Positions 52,605 to 64,000 of a stretch of DNA of 64,000 nt are shown in pieces (position 1 is the stretch's first letter; every line of letters begins with the position of its first letter). The stretch is from assembly GCA_965261595.1 (NCBI GenBank), contig CBDHDG010000005.1:704452-768451 (forward strand). The letters run 5' to 3'. Source of the DNA: a bacterium. GTDB taxonomy: Bacteria; UBA8248; JACPRG01; G963555815. The position numbers and the translations under genes are program-made. Below the pieces are notes generated by a model that was not told the origin of the DNA, ran no database searches, and saw only the letters and a program-made list of their open reading frames with translations.

Positions 52605-54027
52605 TTAATGCCAAATACACACTCACCGCCTCGGCATAGGCTTTCGCACCGGTTCCACTGTCGCGAAGAGGAGTCGGGTCGTCGGAAAAACCCGCCGACA
52701 GCGCGTCACGCTCAATTTCAGAGCGGGTCTCATGCACCAAATCGCTGAACGTGGTCAGCGCTACAAGCTGCCGGTCCGTGAACAGGTCTCCAAAGGTGCG
52801 TAGGCCATACGGCGGAGTCCAAAATGCACGCATATCTCCAGGAAGTGCCGTTTCGGGCTTCCATATCGGTTTTTCTGTGAAAGCAGTTTGCTCCTGCTCC
52901 CCTGATGGATCCAAATAAATGCGCCTGTTCTTACCCTCAGCGACTACGGCGATTAAGACCTGCTGCATCTTGCCATCCCTGCCGCTAGCTTTCACGTAAT
53001 CCGGTGGAATCGCGCTGCCGGACAACAGACAACGAAAATGTGCCCCGCGCCCCGCCTTCGTTCCCGCCCTAGCCACCGCAATATCGTCTTTGGTCCCGCC
53101 CTTGCGGATACGGTAGCGAATCGTCTTCGCCGACTTGTCCAGGATGGGCTCTATCCACGCTTCCTTCTCGGTTTTGGAACTCAACAGGAAGCTTGACGCG
53201 ATAGGCACCTGCACATCCGAGAAGGCCGGGTCCGGGCTCGGCACGGTGCGCGCCCATATCCAGGCGATCACCGTCGCCTTGCCGCCGCCATGCTCCTTGG
53301 GCAGGTCAACTTGCGGATACAGATGGCCGATGCGCTCGAATGCCCGCTCACGCATCCAGGCCCCGTAGTATTTGACATCCTCGGCCAGACCCTCGGCGTT
53401 GCGGTAGTGGTTGCGTTCTTTCGGGTCTGGATGGGTGGGTTCCCGGTCTTTGAATAGCGGCGGAATCTCGATCATCGCTTTGCCGATCACGACGGCCACG
53501 GGGTTGAGATCGCTGCCATGGGCAGAAAGGCCAAGGCGCTGCGCTTCCAGCGGGATCGATCCGCCGCCCGAGAACGGATCGTAAATCGGGGGCAACTCGC
53601 CATCGCAGCTTAGGGCGATTTCCGCGCGAGCGCGGGCCAGCACCTCTTCGTTGGTCGAGTTTTCCCATTTCACGAGGTCTTCGATGATGCCGAACAGCCG
53701 GCGGCGCTCCGCATCCACGGCCTCTTGCGTCGGGAACCTGTCGGGATGGCTGGAGGGATCGTCCACCAACTGTGCGAACAGCACCGCCCGGCAGGCTGCC
53801 AGTGGACGCCTCGCCCACCACAGATGGAGCGTGGACGGATGTCCATGGCGGATCGATTTCTCCCGCGCTGACGCGGCGTTGATTGCATCAAGCGGAAGGG
53901 CAACCTCGATGAGTTTTTTCTTAACGCCTGGGTCCATAAAACTAGCCTCGTGTCTGTTCTGTTTTGGCGTTGTGATTGCGTTTTTCTGTTTTCATAGGAG
54001 CGCCTTTCATGCTTACCACCAAAGCGC

Positions 54028-54141
54028 TCATGTTGGTTCCTCCGCGCGTTCCAGAAACCGCTTCAAATTGTACTGGATGGCATCCTGCTCGAAGCTTGGC
54101 TCGTGTTCATCCAAAGCGCCCCGAACATAGCGTGGCGCACC
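54028..54141 (-). repeat. Diverged duplicate of the last 114 bp of the helicase gene (56383-56496)
   Basis: 11 mismatches in 114 bp by manual alignment; encodes GAPRYVRGALDEHEPSFEQDAIQYNLKRFLERAEEPT*. Confidence 0.9.
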
Positions 54142-54161
54142 GCAGATTCGCCGCCTATTTC

Positions 54162-55181
54162 TCATGTGGTAGCTGCTAGTCCGGCTGCTTTAGAAATGTT
54201 CTTGGCCAGCTCTTTGTAATCGTCATAGGCATTGGTTACGGCCAATGAATGACTGCCGATGGCCCCATCGGCAGAAGTCAACTGAAAGATCGGTTTGCGC
54301 ATCTCCTGGGCCATTGGCACAAGGCTGCGGTAATGCCGAATGGTGGCCAGGCAATGTTTGTCTTTCGCCGGAGTAGTGCCTGGAGAAGATGATTCGTTCT
54401 CTTTTGCCATGAGCATTTTGGCGTATTCCACGGGTATTCTGTTGACCCACTTGTCATAGGCCTTGACTGGCCGATCGAGCCTGACCCCGTGCTGCTGGAT
54501 AATATACCCTACAGGTTGCATGTTGCCCTCCGGCAGTGGAAAACCTCGATTTTCCCAATTCTCCAATCGTTTTTTCCAATCCTGACGCCATTGGTGCAAC
54601 GTCGGACCAAGGTTGCGCAAACCTTGGAGTGAGAAGAGATCCGCCGCGAGAGGAACGATGACCTTGTCCGTCGCAATCAATGCAGATCGGTTGATGGCTC
54701 CGAGATTGGGGCCGACGTCGGAAATGATCACTGTTGCATCGCATTGTTTCGCCCCATCCTGCATTACAATCCAGAAGCTCGATAGGATACGAAATGCTCG
54801 ATAAAGGATCTCGGAGCCGAGGGCATTGGGCCACTGCTCCGAGAGTGTGCTTTCGAAACTAGACAGCGCCAAGTCACCCGGCAAAACCGAAAGAGACGAC
54901 GATATTCTTTTAGTGTCCGGCGACAGGAGATCGCCAACTTCCGTCAGCGGCTTGACGCACTGGAAGATAGTCGCCCCGCGATTTCCCTTTTGTTCCCTGT
55001 TCCAGATTTCTTCCAGAATATCTTCTTCGAGAAACGCGGCAGTCAGGTTGGCTTGTGGATCCAAATCGCATACGAGCACGGCATGGCCTATTTCAGACAG
55101 CATCCAAGCCAAATGATAGGAAAGCGAAGTCTTACCCACTCCGCCTTTGTTGTTAAAAAACGTGAGAACCGGAACGGTCAT
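54162..55181 (-). CDS. ParA-family ATPase
   Basis: NNKGGVGKT, DLDPQANLT, DVGPNLG. Confidence 0.9.
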   Translation of the reverse strand: MTVPVLTFFNNKGGVGKTSLSYHLAWMLSEIGHAVLVCDLDPQANLTAAFLEEDILEEIWNREQKGNRGATIFQCVKPLTEVGDLLSPDTKRISSSLSVLPGDLALSSFESTLSEQWPNALGSEILYRAFRILSSFWIVMQDGAKQCDATVIISDVGPNLGAINRSALIATDKVIVPLAADLFSLQGLRNLGPTLHQWRQDWKKRLENWENRGFPLPEGNMQPVGYIIQQHGVRLDRPVKAYDKWVNRIPVEYAKMLMAKENESSSPGTTPAKDKHCLATIRHYRSLVPMAQEMRKPIFQLTSADGAIGSHSLAVTNAYDDYKELAKNISKAAGLAATT

Positions 55182-56382
55182 TTATGCTTTCCTTCAATGA
55201 TTGCCAAGATGCAGTTGTCGTTCACTTCAAATCTAAGCTCGGGGTTTCCATTCTCGCCAAGCGCTTTACGCGTATTGGCAATGCCTACCCCGAAGCGTTG
55301 CACGAAACCAAGCACTTTAATGGCTTCCGACAGGTTCGGGTTGCGATAGTCGGTCATGCCAGGCTGCCCGAAATTCTCCCGCGTCACGATGCCGAACGGT
55401 CCTCCAGGATTCTGGAACTCGATGCGATCATTGAACCATGTAATCCGTACCGGCGCATTCGTGTTTTCATAAGTCCGGTGCATAATTGCATTCCGCGAAA
55501 TCTGCTGAAGGGCAACGAGTGGATAGGATGGTGATCGGAGTTCCGTATCCGATGTCGTCATATCGACTCGCGTATGGATATGCGCCTTCATCTTCTCGTC
55601 AATTCGCCTTACTACCAAGGCCAAGTCACCGCTGATTTCTTCCTCATCGATTACATCTTCCGACAATTCCGTTCCATCAATACGGAGAAACTGGACCCAC
55701 GCGTTGGGAATATAGTCACGCGGACTTGTGCCGAATGTTAAGAGACCAAGGACAGTCGGTATGGGCTCGTCGGCCGAGGCAACCATTTTCGTAGCTGCAA
55801 GACGCTCGTTCAGGCTTCGGTCATTTTCCTCGAGTGTTTCTGCACTGAAAGCCCTGGGAAGGTATTCATTTTCAAATTGATATCGATTTAAAGCCGAGAT
55901 ATCGGCGGTCGGCACGGGTTGGATATCAAAGGGCATATCCGAAGCGCGTCTTTTCTCGTTAAGAATTCGTTCATCTTGCACCGTCGCAATGCTGCGGCTT
56001 GGGCCAATCCGTACATGAATTCTCCCTCGATAACGTACTGGAGGGGAGTCCGACGGCATCACGGTTACAACGGCCATGTCGCTACCCATCATCTCTCTCT
56101 TCTCAACCAGCATAGTAGGCGGAGGCACAATTAGGCCGTCACTCTTCACGTCGACAAGCTGACGCAAAACCTCATCCGTAATTTGCAGGCCCGTTGGTCG
56201 CCCTTTATCGTCGACACCCACAAACAAAATGCCCGGCTGACCGGTGCCTGGCAAGTCGTTGGCAAAGGCGCAAACTGCTTCCCGAAGAGTATTCGAAGCA
56301 TTTCCGCTTAGTCCTTCTTTGAACTCGACGCAAAAAGCCTCCCCCTTTTTAAGAAGTCTCTCTAGTTCCTGATCATCCAATC

Positions 56383-56386
<4 letters not shown>
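55178..56386 (-). CDS. Schlafen/AlbA_2 domain + HATPase (RecG C-like) protein
   Basis: EAFCVEFK (ExxxxExK), CAFAN, GVDD, NAIMHR.Y, NPG, RNP, G.G. Confidence 0.85.
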
Positions 56387-59901
<3,515 letters not shown>

Positions 59902-60154
59902 TAAACCTCATGAGAGAAAACGACCTTCCCACGCGCCGCCTTCCATGACGCGGGAGTCGAGCAACTCATGGGTGTTCAGGGAAAGAATATATCATAGAGG
60001 GATCCTGATAATGCATGCGTTGACGAAGGCATTTCGGCTTTGCCAGGGCTTGCCAGCGTTATCCTTTCTAGTCGCCACAAGAACATAGAGGCCATGATTC
60101 ATTAGGGCAGATTAGTCCATTCAAGAAGGCTACTTGCGAATGCGCGAAAGTTGG

Positions 60155-60304
60155 TGACCTGCCCCCACCAACGAGACCACCTGTTACGTTAGACACGGGA
60201 CCATTTGAAGTCCACTCCGGCCAGGGCTTGGTTGCTCTTGGGAATCTGGCCTCTGGCGCAGGCGGCTGGTAGGCCAAGGCGCTGTGAGGCCGTCGCTGGT
60301 TGTA
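60155..60304 (-). mobile_element. IS3-family right-end remnant
   Basis: YNQRRPHSALAYQPPAPE followed by ...TGGGGGCAGGTCA terminus. Confidence 0.65.
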
Positions 60305-60439
60305 CGCCCGCCTCCTGTTTCAAATTGGCCAAATTGGCCAATTTCATGAGACGGTTTCAAATACGACAATTTGTCGTTTTTCAATGGTTTCAAATGGGAA
60401 ATTTACCATTGCCGAACATACAGTGCGTGCCGGACCCGC

Positions 60440-60642
60440 CCTTTCCTCCTTCGACGCCGCCGGCAAACGATTCGCATTTCTTCGCACGGCTGCAGGCCGA
60501 AGACGATCCGAGCGTCTATGCGCAGGTGCACCCGGCGGGACCGGACGGTCCGCCCTTCGCGGTCCGGACGTGGCGCAAGGCGAATCCGGCGCTCGCCTAC
60601 GGTTTGCCGGCCATCGAGGCGTTGCGGGCGGCCCACGATTGA
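60440..60642 (+). pseudogene. Terminase large subunit fragment
   Basis: ST...NDSHFF...YAQVH...PF...TWRKANPAL pattern. Confidence 0.4.
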
Positions 60643-61429
60643 ACGTAGAGCACCTCAAAGGGGGGCCTCCACCAAAAGCGGGTCGGAACGAAGAAGGAGG
60701 ATCCCGTTCTGTCGAAGGCCACTCCCTGCCCGGTGACAGGGTTTCGAAGCCCGCCGTGAGTTATGGACCACCTTACCCGGTCCGCCCCCCGGATGATACG
60801 GTGTACCGATACGCCTCCCACGCCCGTTTCAGTCTGTCAAACCGTTTCCCCATGTCAGCCCAGCGCGCCGTTATCCTTCAAGCCTTGCTGGACCCGCTCC
60901 AAAACCTGCCTCTGGACCTCTTCGGCCTCTTCGGACGGGGCCGGGGCGCTCGGGGGCAGGTCAAGGATCTGACCGTCCGGGCCACGAATCACCATCACGA
61001 TCGGGCCGTTTATCCTTTCCAGGTCCCCGAGGACGAGTTTTTGGATCGTCTTATCGCTCCCTCATCCCGAAGCGTCCGATTTTACCATACGGCGGACCTC
61101 ACGAATCCGCAGACGGTATCCGGGAGGGATGATCATCTCCGCTTCGTCCGCGTTCGTGACGATTGCGAGCGTTCCCTTCGGGAGATTCCCCATTGAAACA
61201 TAACCCGGCAGTTTCACATGCTTTTCGAACATCCCCTCGATCGATTTCCAGACCTTTTCCCCCATTTCCTTGGCGGTCGCGTTCGCGTCTGGGAAGGCAT
61301 CAATGCCCCACACCTCGTCCCCTTCAGCGATGGGCTTCGACTTGGGTGGGCTCTTCGGTTTCGAGAATTTCGTCGGCTTCGGGGCCTTCGGAGGCTTCGG
61401 CGGCGGGGCGAAGGAAAGGCTTCCGCACC

Positions 61430-61763
61430 TCAAAGGGACTGGCAGGCTTCCCGCCTGGGGCCGATGCCGCCCGAATCAATGGCTACGATCCGTAAGGACG
61501 CATTCGAGGCGGTCCTGGCCGCATGCAGAACCCCTCCGAGCCTGTTTGTCGATAGCGATGGAACATCACAACACGAGGCCGTGAGACGGTGGCATTTGGG
61601 AGCGGTGTTGCCGCTCGCAAAGTTGCTCGAACATGAATTGACAATGAAGCTGGAAACGCCGGTTGAACTCAAATTCGATTCCTATGCTTTGGACATGGTG
61701 TTCGCGGGAAACCGTGGTCGCCAAGCTCGCGCAGGCGGGCGTTCCAATGGCGACCGCGCTTGA
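61430..61763 (+). pseudogene. Phage portal protein C-terminal fragment
   Basis: RLGP.PP...VLAAC.TPPSLF...EAVRRW....LPLAKLLEHEL..KL. Confidence 0.5.
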
Positions 61764-61843
61764 CGCCGTGGGTTTGGGGTCGGGAGCGTAGGAACCGTGC
61801 CCCCCCCCTTACGATGGGTGTTGCGCGAGGCACATCTGGACGG

Positions 61844-62350
61844 CTAAGTCCCACCCGAAGCCCTCGGTTGTGCGTTCGCCGGGATACTGAACTTCGAGTT
61901 ACAACGGGGACAACTCCAACTATCTTCGCCACACCCACCGCGCCCTCGCATCTCTCCGAAACCAAGGAACGATTTTTGATTATTGCCATAGCAAAGTGAG
62001 CAAATCCAATGCGGTGGCTCGGAATTCACAACATCCGGCTTAAGGGCATATACCATCGTTCTCCCTATTGCCTTCATTTCGTATTTCTCTTTCTCCGCGC
62101 TCCAATCCTCCATCTTAGCCAATTTCGCTTTGAGCTCGGCTACATGATCGGTCAGTCTAGAGTTCTCGGATTGCAGATCAATAGCCGTAGTCCCTACGCT
62201 CAACAGATGTGTCTGTAGTTGCGCGACTTGCTCATTGATCTCGTCGAGCATTGGCCCGGTATTGGCGCCGTCTTCTTTCAACGCGTTCCTGAAATCGACG
62301 AGGGATTTGCCGATGGTCACGATGCTATTTATGGTGTCAGGATCAAACAA
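61844..62350 (-). CDS. Coiled-coil + zinc-ribbon hypothetical protein (phage/island type)
   Basis: TTG start with GGAGAG RBS; EPPHWICSLC...CPRC. Confidence 0.65.
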   Translation of the reverse strand: MFDPDTINSIVTIGKSLVDFRNALKEDGANTGPMLDEINEQVAQLQTHLLSVGTTAIDLQSENSRLTDHVAELKAKLAKMEDWSAEKEKYEMKAIGRTMVYALKPDVVNSEPPHWICSLCYGNNQKSFLGFGEMRGRGGCGEDSWSCPRCNSKFSIPANAQPRASGGT

Positions 62351-62644
62351 AATATTCTCTCCCAAGTGGAGGAGTTGGGAACACTCGCAAGGCGAACTCG
62401 AGGATCTGGCCGCCGTACTTGAAACGCACGATTGGGGCCTGTAAGACCCGATTGCACAAATTGCGACGCTGCCGGATGGAAGCGCTTGGCCTTTAAATCC
62501 CAGCGGCCAAGACACTCCTAAGGGTTTTCACTCTTTCCTTCAAGTCGTCGATTTTTTTTCATCATACCGCCGACATCGATCTTCAGGCATGCGATCCGCG
62601 ACTTCGCCGGGCCAGTGTTGACTCCCCAATTATCTAATTCAATC

Positions 62645-62709
62645 TGCTGACACATTGCTGATACGACGCTTTATCCGTTTCAGTGAATCGTTGTAACTTA
62701 TTGAAAAGA
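62645..62709 (+). promoter_or_regulatory. Arm-type repeats and IHF-like site beside the tRNA att
   Basis: TGCTGACA (62645) and TGCTGATA (62656); TAACTTATTGAAA is close to the reverse-complement IHF consensus. Confidence 0.6.
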
Positions 62710-62784
<75 letters not shown>

Positions 62785-62878
62785 CTGAGATTCGGTGGGT
62801 GGTGAATCGACAAAGAGTCCTTTCGCCGGGGCGCGCGCCTTCCAGCCGCACACTCGCGGACAATGCAAATCGACGGTT

Positions 62879-62907
62879 AATTTAGTCCAGCGTCCAATCC
62901 CCGTCAA
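62879..62907 (-). promoter_or_regulatory. Putative tRNA promoter
   Basis: TTGACG-17 bp-TAAATT. Confidence 0.5.
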
Positions 62908-63123
62908 CAAGGGTTGCGCCTCCGGCTGGGCTGACGCGGACCGCTCCCCCGCCCGGTTCCTTGTCAACCCGGCCTCGAAGCGTAGATCATGTTACAAAGG
63001 GTTGCCATGGAGAAACCCAACCGCCGCTGAACCGGCCGGTGGGCATGGGTGCATCTTTCAAGTCCGCCCGCCGCGGCGCCGGGACGCTCACCGCCAACCC
63101 GCCATCGAGGGGAATCCGGACCG

Positions 63124-64000
63124 TTGAAATCGCCCATCCACGAGAAGCATGTGAAGCGGGGCGCTGTCATGAGCGCCTGGGACGGGTGGGAGCTTCCCGC
63201 GCATTACGGCGATCCCCGGGCGGAGTATTGGGCGGCCCGCGACGGCGTCGTCCGAATGGACCGCTCTCACCGGACCCAGCTCCGTCTCGTCGGCGAAGAC
63301 CGGCTGAAATTCCTCCAGAACATCCTCTCCAACGAAGTCGCCTCCCTTCCGCCCGGCCGGGGCGCGTATGCCGCGCTCTTGACGGCGACGGGGAAGATGG
63401 TCGCCGACTTTCGGGTGGCCGTCCTTTCGGAGTCGGTCCTCCTCGACGCGGAGGCCCGGTGCCGGGAGTCGGGCTTTCCTCATCTCGACATGTTCAACCT
63501 CGGCTATGACTGCGAGATCACGGATGAAACGGACGACTTCGGGATGGTGACACTGGCCGGCCCCAAGAGCCGGGAAGCGGTTCGTGAAGTTTTGGGTGCG
63601 GCGCCGGACTTCGACAGGCGTTATGAATGCATGGCATTCGACTGGGGAGGCGCGGGAATGATCGCGGCCGCGACGGATCGCCTGGGTCCGCCCGCGATTG
63701 ACCTCATCGTCCCGACCGGGAATCTGTCGCTGCTTTGGGACGCCTTCGAGGCCGTGCCGGCTTCGGGGTTTTCGGCCCTGGAGGCGCTCAGGATCGAGGC
63801 CGGCGCGCCCAGGTTCGGCGCGGACATGGACGAAACGGTCAACCCCATGGAGGCCGGTCTTCTGAACGCCCTCGACTTTGACAAGGGCTGCTACATCGGT
63901 CAGGAGGTGGTCGCCAAAATCGAATCGCTGGGCCACGTGAACCGGCGCCTTGTGGCCCTTCACATTGAAGGCGATACGCCGCCCGAAGCCGGCGCCGCGA
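63124..64000 (+). CDS. ygfZ: YgfZ/GcvT-family folate-binding aminomethyltransferase-like protein (runs off the window end)
   Basis: ELPAHYG, GEDRLKFLQ, LRIEAG, KGCYIGQEV signature; TTG start at 63124. Confidence 0.85.
   Translation, partial: MKSPIHEKHVKRGAVMSAWDGWELPAHYGDPRAEYWAARDGVVRMDRSHRTQLRLVGEDRLKFLQNILSNEVASLPPGRGAYAALLTATGKMVADFRVAVLSESVLLDAEARCRESGFPHLDMFNLGYDCEITDETDDFGMVTLAGPKSREAVREVLGAAPDFDRRYECMAFDWGGAGMIAAATDRLGPPAIDLIVPTGNLSLLWDAFEAVPASGFSALEALRIEAGAPRFGADMDETVNPMEAGLLNALDFDKGCYIGQEVVAKIESLGHVNRRLVALHIEGDTPPEAGAA

Noticed and set aside
54162-55181. ParA as a plasmid or element partition system
   Set aside because: No parB or centromere-like repeats nearby, and it is coupled to the Schlafen gene inside a defence operon.
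60315-60412. CRISPR array (GTTTCAA-starting repeats)
   Set aside because: Only 9 bp are conserved, the period is too short for repeat plus spacer, there are three units, and no cas genes are in the window.

Overview
GC-rich bacterial chromosome segment in three zones. (1) 1-15 kb, mostly metabolic: a membrane-protein gene cut by an internally deleted IS1595-family element, an SDR reductase, a DtxR/MntR-led operon (mntR, di-haem cytochrome c peroxidase/MauG-like protein, PhnD/PhnC/PhnE-like ABC transporter), a catabolic run (SDR, phytoene-dehydrogenase-like flavoprotein, frameshifted Mo-hydroxylase large subunit, acyl-CoA synthetase) and a NarL-type regulator. (2) 15-38.8 kb, heavily IS-disrupted: three copies of one 1404-bp IS3-family element, a second IS3 carrying a nested IS110, IS21 and IS1380 elements, broken hsdM, HU and htrA genes, an intact DUF1302-DUF1329-YCF48-RND cassette and an EstA-type autotransporter esterase. 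(3) 38.8-62.8 kb, a ~24-kb integrative, phage-satellite-like element in tRNA-Thr(CGT), bounded by a 61-bp direct repeat with IHF and arm-type sites. It carries an integrase, excisionase, helicase, packaging-gene remnants and a restriction-like/BREX-related defence operon (SNF2-DUF3883 helicase-nuclease, Schlafen/AlbA_2 + ParA cassette, IS1380-disrupted DUF1156 methylase, HEPN-DUF499 ATPase). The main leads are a readable IS110 bridge RNA whose target loop matches the conserved HSD-x-GSQY coding region of IS3 transposases, a defence cassette bracketed by a duplicated helicase 3' end, and a metal-regulated peroxidase plus atypical PhnD transporter operon. All family calls come from motif recognition by eye; no database searches were run.
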